From positions 704,481-768,480 of the forward strand of contig CAVYRF010000001.1 of assembly GCA_963770895.1 (NCBI GenBank): DNA of 64,000 nucleotides, in the 5' to 3' direction. Position numbers and translations under genes: made by a program. Shown piece by piece: positions 19,098-31,100 of this stretch; within the stretch, counting starts at the first letter, position 1, and every line of letters starts with the position of its first letter. Under the pieces are notes generated by a model. It saw nothing but the letters and a program-made list of their open reading frames with translations, was not told the DNA's origin and made no database searches. This DNA comes from an uncultured Acidobacteriota bacterium. GTDB taxonomy: Bacteria; Acidobacteriota; Thermoanaerobaculia; Multivoradales; UBA5704.

Positions 19098-19134
19098 ATC
19101 GTCTGCGGGCGGGTTACAACCTGCCCGCAGATCC
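19098..19134. terminator. Hairpin (9-bp perfect GC-rich stem, tctgcgggc...gcccgcaga) between convergent genes; candidate bidirectional intrinsic terminator without clear U-tract
   Basis: gtctgcgggcgggttacaacctgcccgcagatcc lies between the 3' ends of the small ORF (+) and the PEP-mutase-like gene (−). Confidence 0.35.
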
Positions 19135-19221
19135 GGCCATTTCACCAATTCGCCCAGGAGCGCCGCCTTCGCGGCTGGTGCCGTTGTTCATCGCTGGGCT
19201 CGCCGAGCACTTGCAAATGAC

Positions 19222-20052
19222 TCATGACGCGAAGATCGCGCTGATCTCGCGCGGGCTGGCGGCCTCCTCGGCATAGGTGAAGGTGCCGTGCTCGCGCATC
19301 TCGCGCGCGGCGCGCAGGAAGGCGCCCAGCGCGGCGCGCGCCAGCGAGCTGCCGATGCTGATCCGCCGCACCCCCATCTCCGCCAGGGCGGCCTGGCTCA
19401 GCTGCACGCCGCGCAGCCCCATCACCACGTTGACCGGCCGGTCCACCGAGCTGATCACCGCCGCGATGTCTTCCCTGGTCGCCAGGCCCGGCGCATACAG
19501 CACGTCGGCGCCCGCCTCCTGGTAGGCCTGCAAGCGGGCAATCGTGTCCTTGATGTCCGGACGGCCGTGCAGGTAATTTTCGGCACGGCCGGTCAGCATG
19601 AAGGGGACGGGGAGCGCCCGCGCCGCCTCCGCCGCGGCGCGCACCCGATCCGCCGCCAGCTCGCGCTCATAGATCGGACTGTCGGCGCGCCCCGTCGCGT
19701 CCTCGATCGAACCGCCGACCACGCCCGCGGCCGCCGCCAGCCGGATCGTCTCGGCAGCCGCCTGGGGGCTGTCGCCGAAGCCGTTTTCCAGGTCGGCGCT
19801 CACCGGCAGATCGGTCGCGTACGCGATCTGCGCCAGGTGTTCCATGATCATTTCGCGGTCGACCGCGTTATCCAGCTTGCCGACCGAAAACGCGAAGCCC
19901 ATGCTGGTCGTAGCCAGCGCTTCGAAGCCAAGGTGGGCCAGCAGCCGCGCGCTGCCGATGTCCCAAGGATTGGGAATGATGAACGCCCCGGCGCGCTCAT
20001 GCAGCGCCCGAAACGCCTGTCCTTTTTCAACTTGCGAAGTCATCGTCGTCAC
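19222..20052 (-). CDS. Isocitrate lyase/PEP mutase superfamily enzyme (carboxyvinyl-carboxyphosphonate phosphorylmutase / 2-methylisocitrate lyase-like)
   Basis: 276 aa. The family pattern is PNPWDIGSARLLAHLGFEALATTS...DLENGFG...GGSIED. Confidence 0.8.
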   Translation of the reverse strand: MTTMTSQVEKGQAFRALHERAGAFIIPNPWDIGSARLLAHLGFEALATTSMGFAFSVGKLDNAVDREMIMEHLAQIAYATDLPVSADLENGFGDSPQAAAETIRLAAAAGVVGGSIEDATGRADSPIYERELAADRVRAAAEAARALPVPFMLTGRAENYLHGRPDIKDTIARLQAYQEAGADVLYAPGLATREDIAAVISSVDRPVNVVMGLRGVQLSQAALAEMGVRRISIGSSLARAALGAFLRAAREMREHGTFTYAEEAASPREISAIFAS

Positions 20053-20637
20053 CCGATCTCAAGCGCCTTGCCAGTGAACCGCCAGCAGCGGAGCTCCCGC
20101 CAGCGCCAGCGCCAGCCCAGGCCGCCGCCGTGAGCCCTCAGTATATTGCGCCGGCACCCTCGGCAGTGTGCCGCCGGGTCGGCCGGAAGGTAGCGCGCAA
20201 TGGCGGTGGGCCGGTGCCTGGGCGGCGATGCGCCGGCGAGGTGGACCGGCGGGTCGGTCGGTTGGTCGATCGGGCGGCCGAGTGGACCGGTGGACTGTGT
20301 GGTGATCGGTCGGCGGGGCGGACCGGTGGGGCCGGTGGGTCAGTTGGCGATCGGTCGGCGGCTTGGATCGGGGGTCGATGGGTCAGGCGTGCAATCAGGG
20401 CGAAAAAGGTAGCGGGTCGAGGGGGAGGTCGGGTGGTGGACCGGTGCACCGGCGACGATGGTTCGGCGGAGGGGACCGGGCGGGTAAGTCGGTTGGCGAA
20501 GCGATGGAATGATGGGGCTGCGGCGGACCGTTGGGTCGGCCGGCGAAGGGTCGGCGGGGCAATGGAGCGTTGGGCAGGTGGGGTGGTGGGCAGGGGGTGT
20601 GGGATGTGAGTCTGGCCGATGGGATAAAATTGCCGCC

Positions 20638-21915
20638 ATGCAGCTTGCATTTCTCACGCTCTTTTTGGGCCTGGTCACAGGCTCGCTGCCGCTGTCGCTC
20701 ACCGCCGGCCCCGACGTCGCCAAGGTCGAGATCGTGCTGGACGGCGCTCCGGTTCAACGCCTGGCCGCGCCGCCCTGGAGCGGCAGGATCGACTTTGGCG
20801 CCGCGTTGCTGCCGCACCACCTGGAGGCGCGCGGCCTGGATGCCCAGGGGCGCGAGGTGGCGCACGCCGAGCAGTGGATCAACGTCCCGCGCGACCCCGC
20901 GGAAGCGCAGATCGTGGTCGAAAAAGCCCAGCCGGGCCAGCCTCGCACCATCCGTCTGGCCTGGCAGAGCATCACCAGCGACGCGCCCACCAAGGTGGCG
21001 CTCACCTTTGACGGCGCGCCGCTCGCCTTCGACAGCCAGTACCGCGCCGTCCTCCCCGCCCTCCACGGCACCGACACGCACGTCGTCGCGGCCGAGCTGC
21101 AATTTGCCGGCGGCGCCACGGCGCGCCACGCCGTCGCTCTCGGCGGCGAATATGACGACGCCGTCGCCAGCGACCTGACCGCGGTCCCCGTCTGGATCGC
21201 GCCGCGCGCCGAGCTGCCGCCGCTCGCCAGCCTGCAGGGGTGGTTTGCCGAAGAGGGCCGCCCGCTCCAGGTGCAGGCTGCCGACGCTGCCGCGCCCTGG
21301 CTCCTCACCGTGCGCGACGCCGCGGCCATGAAACTGCTCCGCCTCAGTTGGATGGCCCGCGACCGCTTCCGCTTCAAGCTGCCGCCGGGCAGCCGCATGC
21401 GCTTCATCTGGCCCCAGGCCAAGCGCCATGAAGCCTCGGGCCTGCCTTCCGAGATCTTCGACAGCAGCACCTACGCCATGGACGTGGCGCGCGACAGCAT
21501 CCCCTGGCTGCTCACCCGCGTCCAGCAGCCCGGCGCGGACCATCCCCGCCTGGCCGACGCCGCCGCCGCCTCAGGCCTGGCGCTGGCCGCCGCCGCCGGC
21601 CCCCGCGCCCTGATCGTCGTCCTGGATCCCGACACCAAGGACTACAGCCACCTCGACAGCGCCACCGTCCGCCGCTACCTGGAAGCCATCCACATCCCCC
21701 TGTTCGTGTGGGCAGTCGGCCCCCCCTCCGCCGACCTGACCGCCACCTGGGGCCACGTCACCAACATCTCCGTCGAATCCGGCATGGAATCCGCCTTCGC
21801 CGCCCTGCGCCAGGTCCTGGACCGCCAGCGCATCGTCTGGCTCGCCGGCCACCACCTTCCCCAACGCATCGCCCTGACCCCAGCCGCCGCCGGCCTCCAG
21901 CTCACCCCGCCCTGA
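20638..21915 (+). CDS. Secreted hypothetical protein
   Basis: Internal Met MQLAFLTLFLGLVTGSLPLSL (signal/TM), followed by 400 aa of normal composition. No recognised domain. Confidence 0.6.
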   Translation: MQLAFLTLFLGLVTGSLPLSLTAGPDVAKVEIVLDGAPVQRLAAPPWSGRIDFGAALLPHHLEARGLDAQGREVAHAEQWINVPRDPAEAQIVVEKAQPGQPRTIRLAWQSITSDAPTKVALTFDGAPLAFDSQYRAVLPALHGTDTHVVAAELQFAGGATARHAVALGGEYDDAVASDLTAVPVWIAPRAELPPLASLQGWFAEEGRPLQVQAADAAAPWLLTVRDAAAMKLLRLSWMARDRFRFKLPPGSRMRFIWPQAKRHEASGLPSEIFDSSTYAMDVARDSIPWLLTRVQQPGADHPRLADAAAASGLALAAAAGPRALIVVLDPDTKDYSHLDSATVRRYLEAIHIPLFVWAVGPPSADLTATWGHVTNISVESGMESAFAALRQVLDRQRIVWLAGHHLPQRIALTPAAAGLQLTPP

Positions 21916-22103
21916 CGGCCCCCCGCCGGCGGCGTTCACCGGATCAGCAAGGTTTTTGCGCCCGGCGACCGCCCGCAGCGGGCGCATCGCGCGGCATGCG
22001 CCGGCGATTTAGCTTCTTCGCCGCGATTCATCGATCTGCATACTGCGATTCGATAGCGCCCCGCGGCCGCCCCGGTGGTCCGCCGGTCGGCACCTACTAG
22101 GGT

Positions 22104-25100
22104 GTGTCTGACAGCGAGCACCCTTTCGCCGCGCGCGGAGCTGGCGCGGCTCCGCAGGACCTCGCGCCGGCCGGCGATCTGGACGGCGGGGACGGCCGTG
22201 ACGCGATGCTGCGGGCGGCCGGGCCGGAAGAGCGGGCCGCCCTGGCGCTGGCCTGGCTGCGGCGCCAGGCGGCGGCCACCCTCGACCGGGACGCCGCGCA
22301 GCTCCCCGCGGACCGTTCGCTGGTGGCCCTGGGATTGGACTCGCTGGCGGCGGCCGAGCTCTCGGGCGCCGTCGAAAACATCCTGAAAGTGCCGCTCGGT
22401 GTAGCCGACCTCCTGGCCGGCGCCAGCCTCGCGGAGCTGGCCGGCGACATCGCCCGCAATCTCGATGAGGCTGCGGCGGCGTCGCACGCCGGCCAAGCCG
22501 GCGGTACGGTCCACGCCGGGGACGACGGCCGCCAGGTGGTCGTGCCGGAGCCCCACCGCGCCGGCGCGCCGCCCCCCGCCGCGCCGTCGCCCCGCACCGC
22601 CCTGTCGTGGGGCCAGCGCGCCCTGTGGCTGGTGGACCGCATGGCGCCGGGCAACCCGGCCTACATCCTGGCCGGCGCCGCGCACGTCGGGGTTGGCGCC
22701 GCGCGCGGCGGCGACCTCGACGTGGCGCGGTTGTGTCAGGCCATTACCGCCCTGGTCGCTCGCCATGCGGCCTTGCGCATGCGGTGCGAGCAGGGGAGCG
22801 ATGGAGAGGTGGTGCAGGTGGTGGGCGACCAGCCGCTGTTCGGCTGGCTTGAGGTGGATGCCGGCGTCCTGAGCGAGCAAGGGTTGCACGAGCTGGTGGC
22901 AGAGGAGGCTTGGCGGCCGTTCGACCTCGCCCGCGGGCCGCTGCTGCGAGTGGCTCTGTTCCGCGGTGGCGGCCGGGCGCCGCTGCTGGTGCTCGCGGTG
23001 CATCACATCGTCGCCGACTTCTGGTCGCTCGGCGTGATGATCGACCAGCTGGGTGCGCTCTACCAGGGGCGCCTCCTGGCGCCGCTCGCGGCGACGCATG
23101 GCGAGCACGCGCGGCGCCAGGCGGAGCGGTTGGCGGGACCCGAGGGGGAGGCCCTGGCGGCCTGGTGGCGCGCCGCGCTGCCGCCGGGGGCGCCGGCGCT
23201 CGAGCTGCCGACCGACCGGCCGCGGCCGCCGGTGCAGGGATTCCGCGGTGGCGCGCGGACGCGCTGGTGGGAGCGGGAGCTGGTAGGGGAGCTCGACCGG
23301 CTGGGCCGGCGGGCCGGGGCCACGCCGTTCATGACCCTGCTGGCCGCCTACATGACGCTGCTGCACCGCTACACCGGCCAGCCGGAGCTGCGGGTGGGGA
23401 CGCCAGCGTCCGGCCGTGGCGCGCCGGACCTCTCGGGCCTGGTGGGCTACTTCGTCAATCCGCTGGTGGTGCGCGGCGAGCTGGCCGGCAACCCCGGCTT
23501 CGAGCAGCTGCTGAGCCGGGTGCGGCAGGCCGTGCTCGCGGTGTTTGCCCACCAGGACTTCCCGTTTGCGCTGCTCGCCGAGCTGCTGGGCGGCGCCCGC
23601 GATCCCAGCCGGCCGCCGGTGTTCCAGGCGATGTTCGTGTTCTACAGCGAGCGGCGCGCCGGCGAGCGCGGGATGAGCGGTTTCGCGCTGGGCGAGGCGG
23701 GCGCGCGGCTCGATCTTGGCGGCCTCACGCTCGAATCGGTGCGGCTGCCGCGGCGCGGCGCGCAGGTCGATCTGACGTTGCTGGCGGCCGATCGCGACGA
23801 TCGCGACCAGCGCGCCGAGCGCGAGGGTGCGCGGGCGGTCTCGTTGCAGTTCGACAGCGTGCTCTTCGACGGCGCCACGGCGGAGCGGATGCTGGGTCAC
23901 CTGTGCGCGCTGGCCGCCGCCGCGGTCGCCGATCCGGGGTGCGGCATCCGCGACCTGCCGCTGCTCACCGCCGGCGAGCGCCAGCAGGTGGCGGAGTGGA
24001 ACGCCACCGCCGTCGCCTGGCCTGGCGACCTGCGCCTGCACCAGCTTTTCGAAGAGCAGGCGCGCCGCACCCCGGACGCGGTGGCCGTGGTGGTCGACGC
24101 CGCTACCGACGCCGACGCCGACGCCGACGCTGATACCGGCGCCGACACCGCCGGCGCCGGGTCCCGTCGCGGCCCCGCACCGCCGGCGGCCGGCCGCGCG
24201 GTGGCTTCCGCCGCGTGCTGGACCTACCGCGGCCTCGACCGGCGCGCCGACCGGCTGGCGCGAAGGCTGCGGCAGGCCGGCGTCGGGCCGGAATCCGTGG
24301 TGGCGATCCTGGCCGAGCGCTCGGCCGCCATGGTCGCCGGCCTGCTCGCCATCCTCAAGGCGGGCGGCGCCTACCTGCCGCTCGATCCCGACCACCCCGC
24401 CGAGCGCCTGCGCCAGATGCTGCACGACTCAGGCGCCGGCGTGCTCCTGGCACAGCGCCGGCTGCTGCCGCGGCTGGGCGAGCCGGACGCGCCGCCTGTC
24501 GTCGCGGCCGCGGTGCTGGTGCTCGACGATCCCGACCGGGACGATTCCGCCCAGGACGAGCAGGACGATCCCGCCACCGGCGGTGCCGCGTTCGGCGCTG
24601 CCGCTCTTGCGCTGGCGCCCGACGGCCGGCCGGAGCGTGCGCCGCCGCCGCTGGAGCGCGCCGTCCACCCGGATAGCCTGGCGTACGTGATCTATACCTC
24701 GGGCTCGACCGGCCGGCCCAAAGGCACCATGAACACGCACCGGGGCATCGTCAACCGGCTGCTCTGGATGCAGCAGCAGTACCGATTGGCGGCCGACGAC
24801 CGGGTGTTGCAGAAGACGCCGCTGTCCTTCGACGTGTCGGTCTGGGAGCTGTTCTGGCCGCTCGCGACGGGGGCGTGCCTGGTGATGGCCCGTCCGGGCG
24901 GGCACCGCGACAGCGGCTACCTGCTGGCGGCGCTGGCGGCGCACCAGATCACCACCGTGCATTTCGTGCCGGCGATGCTGAGCGATCTTCTCGCGGCCCT
25001 GCCGCCGCGGGGCGATGCAAGCTCGGGCGCCGGCCCGTGGGACGCCGCGCCGGCAGGGCTGCGCCGGGTCGTGGCAAGCGGCGAGGCGCTGCCCTACGGT

Positions 25101-28100
25101 CTCCAGCAGCGCTATTACGCGGCGCTCGCGGCGCCGCTGCACAACCTCTACGGCCCTACCGAAGCCGCGGTCGACGTCACCCATTGGGCGACCGACCCGG
25201 ACGCCGATCGGCGGCTGGTGCCGATCGGGCGGCCGGTGGCCAACACCTGGATCCGGCTGGTCGACCGCCAGGGCGGGCTGGTGCCGATCGGTGTACCGGG
25301 CGAGCTGTGCATCGGCGGCGTGCAGCTGGCGCGCGGCTACCTGGGCCGCCCGGCGCTGACCGCCGAAAGGTTCGTGCCCGATCCGCTGGGCGACGCGGCA
25401 GGAGCGCGCCTCTACCGCACCGGCGACCTGGCGCGCTACCTGCCGGACGGTGCCATCGACTACCTGGGCCGCCTGGACCACCAGGTGAAGATCCGCGGCG
25501 TGCGCATCGAGCTCGGCGAGATCGAAGCTGCCCTGCTGCGCCATCCGGCCGTGCGCGAAGCGGTCGTCACCGTGGCCGCCGTGGCGGACCACGCCTCGCC
25601 GGCCGGCGCCGACCCGCGGCTGGCGGCCTACCTGGTGACGCGCGGGGCGGCCGCGCCGCCGCGGGCGGGAGAGCCGGCGGCTGGGGAGCCGGCCGCGCCG
25701 CCTGCTGCGCCGGCCGCCGCGCCGCCGTCCGACCTGGCCGACGACCTCCGCCGCCTGCTGCGTCAGAGCCTGCCGGAGGCGATGATCCCGGCGGCCTTCG
25801 TGGTGCTGCCCGCGCTGCCGCTGTCGGCCAACGGCAAGGTGGACCGCCGGGCGCTGCCGGCGCCGCGGTGGGGCGCCGCCGCGGTCGCGGGCACGCCGCC
25901 GCGCACTGCCGACCAGGAGATCCTGGCCGGCCTGTTCGCGGAGCTGCTGGGGCTCACGGTCGCTGGCGACCGCAGCGGCGACAGCAGCGGCAACGGCGGC
26001 AGCAGAGCTAGCGGCGACAGCAGCGACGACGGCGAAAGCAGCGGCAACGGCGGAAGCAGCGGCAACGGCGGAAGCAGAGGCAGCGTCGACAGCGGAGGCA
26101 GCGGCGCCGCGGCCGGCGGGTGGGTGGCTGGAACACAGGGGGGCGAAGCCGCGGACGCGCGCGGCGTCGCGGCGGCGAGCGGTGGGGAGCAAGGCGGCGG
26201 CCTTGGCATCGACCAGAGTTTTTTCGATCTCGGCGGCCATTCGCTGCTGGCGACCCGCCTGCTGGCGCGGGTGCGCCAGGTGTTCGCGGTGGAGCTGCCG
26301 CTGCGGCAGGTGTTCGAGGCGCCGACGGTGGCCAGGCTCGCCGCGGCGATCGCGGCGGCGCGGCGGGGCGACCTGGCGGCGGCGCCGCCGCTCGTGCCGC
26401 TGCCGCCCGCGGCTCGCCAGGGGCCGCTGGCGCTCAGCTTCGCGCAGGAGCGCATGTGGTTTCTCGACCAGCTGGAGGGCGGCGGTGCCACCTACAACAT
26501 GCCCGGCGTGCTGCGCCTCGCGGGCCCGCTGCAGGTGGCGGCGCTGCGCGCCGGGCTGGCGGAGGTGTGCCGCCGCCACGAGGTGCTGCGCACGACGTTC
26601 ACCGTGCGCGATGGCGCCGCGGGGCCGGTCGCCCGCGTCGCCCGGCCGGCCGCCGCTCCGGGGCCGCCGCTGCCGCTGGTGGATCTGTCCGGGCTGGCGG
26701 CCGGCTGCCGACAGGCGGTCGCCTCGCGGCTCGCCGCCCTGGAGGCGCGGCGCCCGTTCGACCTCGTCGCGGGCCCCGTGCTGCGCGCCGTGCTGCTGCG
26801 CCTGAGCGGCGGGCCGCCCGCGGCGGCGCAGGCGCTCCACCTGCTGCTGCTCACGCTGCACCACATCGCCGCCGATGCCGAGTCGGTCGAGGTGCTGGCG
26901 CGCGAGCTGGCCGCCCTCTATACCGCGGGTGCGACCGGCAGGCCGCCAGACGCGGCGGCGCTGCCGCCGCTCCCCGTCCAGTATGCCGACTTCGCCGCCT
27001 GGCAGCGGGCGGCGCTCAGCGGCGACCGGCGCGCGGCCGAGGTGGCTTTCTGGCGCGAGCAGCTTGCCGGCGCGCGCGGCGCACCGCCGGTGCTCGAGCT
27101 GCCCTGCGATCGGCCGCGCGGCACGGTGAGCGGCCGGCGCGGGGCGCGGCGCCCCGTGGTGCTGCCCGCCGCGCTGGCCGGCAGGCTCGCGGCGGTGGCG
27201 CGGGACCACCGCGCCACCCTGTTCATCGCCTTGCTGGCGGCCTTCGACACCCTGCTGGGCCGTTACGGCGGCCAGGACGACGTCGCGGTGGGCGTGCCGG
27301 TCGCCAATCGCGACCGCGCCCAGATCCAGCCGCTGATCGGGCTGTTCGTCAACACGCTGGTGCTGCGCCTCGACCTGTCGGGCGACCCCACCTTTGGCGA
27401 GCTCCTGGGGCGCGCGCGGCAGACGGCGCTGGCCGCCTACGGCCACCAGGAGATGCCGTTCGAGCAGCTGGTCGCCCACCTGCAGCCGCGGCGCGCAGCG
27501 GGCGAAAGCCCGTTCTTCCAGGTGGTCCTGGCGCTCCAGCCCGGCCTGGCGGCGCCGGCGATGGCGGGCCTGGCGGTCGAGCTCGCCCCCGGCGACACCG
27601 GCACCGCCAAGTTCGACCTGTCTTTGGCGCTCGACGTCGCGCCCGACGGCAGCCTTGCCGGCACCTGGACCTGGCGCGCCGGCCTGTTCGACCCGGCGAC
27701 GATCGAGCGGCTTTCGGTGCAGCTGCGGCAGCTGCTCGCGGCGGTCGCCGCGGGCGAACCGGGACCGGCGGGCCGCCTCTCCGAGCTGCCGCTGCTCGGC
27801 CCGGCCGAGCGCCACCAGCTGCAGCGGGAATGGAACGACGTCTGGCAGCCGGGCGGCGGCGACCTGCTGCATGCGGCGTTCGAGCGGCGGGCGGCGCAGG
27901 TGCCCGACGCGGTGGCGGCGGTGGAGGCCGGCCACGACGGCCTGATGGGGCGCAGCCTCACCTACGGCGAGCTGGCGGCGCGCGCCGGCCGGCTGGCGTG
28001 CCGGCTGGCGGCGCTGGGAGTCGCGCCGGAGCGGATCGTCGGCGTCTCGCTCCCGCCGTCGCTCGACCTGCTGGTGGCGCTGCTCGGCATCCTCAAGGCG

Positions 28101-31100
28101 GGCGGCGCCTACCTGGCGCTCGATCCGGCGCAGCCGCGGGAGCGCCGGGCGCAGATCCTGGCCGAGTCGTCGGCACTCCTGGTCGTCGCCGCGAGTCCTG
28201 CGGCGCCCACCGCTCCGGTTACCGCCGCCACCGCCGCCGCCTCCTCCTCCGTCATCGCGGCCACCACCGCCGCCGCCGCCGCGCGCCCGTCCGCGGTCGA
28301 GGGCCTGATGCTGCTCGGCCCGGACGGGCGCGCGGCGGCGCTGGGCGCCGCGGCCGGCGCCACCCCCCGGCGCACCCCGTTCCCCCCGGCCCCGGATCCG
28401 GACCCCGACAACGCCGCCTACGTCCTCTACACCTCCGGCTCCGGCGGCGCGCCCAAGGGCGTCGTGGTCAGCCATCGCGCCGTCGTCAACCGTCTGCGCT
28501 ACCAGGTTGCCGCCGACCTCGCGCCCGACTCGCGGGTGCTGCAACGGGCGCGCCTCGCCTTCGACGTCTCGGTGCTGGAGCTGTTCGCGCCGCTCTGGGC
28601 GGGCGCCGCGGTGGTGCTGATCGATGCCGCCCGCCAGCAGGACGCCGGCTACCTGGCCCGCGTCGTGGCCGCGCAGCAGGTCACCAACTTCAACGCGCCG
28701 CCGGCGTTGCTCCCGGCCCTGCTGGCCGAAGACGAGCTCCGCCGCTGCCGCGCGCTGCGCCGCGTGGTGCTGGGCGGCGAGCGGGTGCCGGTCGACCTCG
28801 CTCACCGATTCGCGACGATGATGGCGGCTGGGCCTGGGGCGGCGCCGTTGCTGCTGTCGCGCTACGGTCCGACCGAGGCCACCATCTCGGTGACCGAATG
28901 GCACTGCCGCCCCGCGCCGGCCGCGCCTGCCGGTTCGGCCGGACCGCTCGGCTGGCCGATCGCCGGCGCTCGCCTCCACCTGCTGGACCGCCATGGCCGC
29001 GAGGTGCCGCCCTCGGCTCCGGGCGAGCTCTGCATCGGCGGCATCTGCCTGGCGCGCGCCTATCTCGCCCGGCCCGACCTGACCGCCGCGGCGTTCATCC
29101 CGGACCCCTTCGCGGCGCCGGGCGAAGAGGCGGGCAGCCGCCTCTACCGCACCGGCGACCTGGCGCGCCGGCGCGCCGGCGGCGAGCTGGAATTCCTCGG
29201 CCGCATCGACCGCCAGGTCAAGATCCGCGGCTTCCGCGTCGAGCTGGGCGACGTCGAGGCGGCGCTCGCCCGCCACCCCGGTGTGCGCGAAACGGCGGTG
29301 GTGGACCGCGACGAGCCGGCGACCGGCGGCAGGCGCCTGGTGGCCTACGTGGTGCCCCGCCAGGCGGATGCCGGCGGGCTCGAGCCGCAGGCGCTACGGT
29401 CTTTCGTCGCGGAGCACCTGCCGCCCTACATGCTGCCCGCCGCCTGGGTCCTGCTGGACTGCCTGCCGCTCACCGCCAACGGCAAGCTGGACCGGCGGGC
29501 GCTGCCCGAGCCGGCCGACCTGTCGCCGGCGGCGGACGCGGCGGAGCCGGCTGCGCTGGACGGGGCGAGCGGCCGCCGCGGCGCCGCCCCCCGCACCCCG
29601 GCCGAAGAGCTGCTGGCGGGGATCTGGTGCCAGCTCCTGGGCGTCCGGCAGGTATCCATCGGGGACGACTTTTTTCACCTGGGCGGCCATTCGCTGCTCG
29701 CCACCCAGCTGGTGTCCCGGCTGAGCGCGACGCTGGCGGTCGACCTTCCCCTGGCCAAGGTTTTCGAGCACCCCACCCTGGCGGCGATGGCGTCGGCGAT
29801 CGAGCAGGCGCGCGGCCTGGGCGGCGCGGAGCCCACCGTCGCCGGGCTCGCCGGCCGTCTGACGCCGGCGCACGAAGCCGGCGGCGGCGCCGGCCGGGGC
29901 GACGGCGCGCGGCCGGTGCCGCTACCGCTCCTGCCGCGGCAGGCGGGCGGCGCCGCGGCGCAGCTGCCGCTGTCGTTTGCCCAGCAGCGGCTCTGGTTCC
30001 TGGACCGCCTGGCGCCCGGCTCGCCGGCCTACAACATGCCGCTGGCGGTGCGGCTCTCCGGCGACCTGGACATCCCCGCCCTGGCTGCCGGCGTCGCCGC
30101 CCTGGTGGCGCGGCACGAGACCCTGCGCACCACCTTCCACGAGACCGCGGGCGAGCCCTGGCAGCGGATCGCGCCGCCGCTCGCCGCCGGTGCCAGCTCC
30201 GGCGCCGGCGCCGGCGCGGCCGCCACAAGCGCGCTGCCGGTCGTCGACCTGCGGGCGCTGGTGGACGCCGGTGAACCGGACGGCGAGCCGGGCGGTGGGC
30301 CGGGGCTGGATGCCGGCTGGCCAGGTCAGCCGGATGGTTTCGCGCCGCTGCCGCTGCCGCGGCGCGCGCTCGCCGCGGCGCTCGACCTGGCCGCGGCCGC
30401 GGCGCGGCGGCCCTTCGACCTGGCGCGCGGCCCGCTCTTCCGGCCCCTCCTGCTGCGGTTGACCGGGCGCGAGCACCTCTGGCTGGGGACCATGCACCAC
30501 ATCGTCTCCGACGGCTGGTCGCTGGGCGTCCTGGTGCGCGAGCTGACCGCCGTCTACGCCGCGCTGGCGGCCGGCCGGGAGCCCCGTCTGCCGGCCCTGC
30601 CGGTGCAGTACGCCGACTACGCCGCCTGGCAGCGCCAGCGCCTGTCCGGCGACCTCTTGGCGGCGCAGATCGCCCACTGGCGCGAGCGCCTGGCGGGCCT
30701 GCCGGCGCGGCTCGACCTGCCGGTGGACCGGCCGCGCCCGGCCGTCGAAACCGTCGCCGGCGCCCAGCGGCGCTGGCGCCTGGCCGGCGACGTGGCCGGC
30801 CGGCTGCGCCAGCTGGCGGCAGCGTCGGGGGCGACCCCGTTCATGGTCCTGGTCGCCGCCTTCCAGGCGCTCCTGGGGCGCTGGTCCGGTCAACAGGACC
30901 TGGCGGTTGGCACGCCGATCGCCGGCCGCAACCGCATCGAGATCGAAGGCCTGATCGGCTTCTTCGTCAACACCCTGGTGCTGCGCGCCGATCTCTCCAG
31001 CGGGCCGCGGCGCCTGGCGTTCGACCAGCTGCTGGCCCGCACCCGCGAGGCGACCCTGGCCGCGTACGCCCATCAGGAGCTGCCGTTCGAACGGCTGGTC

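Noticed and set aside
20138-20650. 170-aa Pro-rich minus-strand ORF in the G/T-skewed region
   Set aside because: Its composition is simply the complement of the G/T-rich repeats (C/A-rich codons giving P/T/A/R). It has no start context or motifs. It is retained only as a note in the finding on that region.
24429-29276. 1615-aa minus-strand ORF, plus several other long antisense ORFs opposite the NRPS (e.g. 29922..31652, 32112..34190)
   Set aside because: Arg/Ala/Gly/Pro-dominated translations with no motifs, antisense to an unambiguous NRPS reading frame. These are typical GC-rich shadow ORFs.
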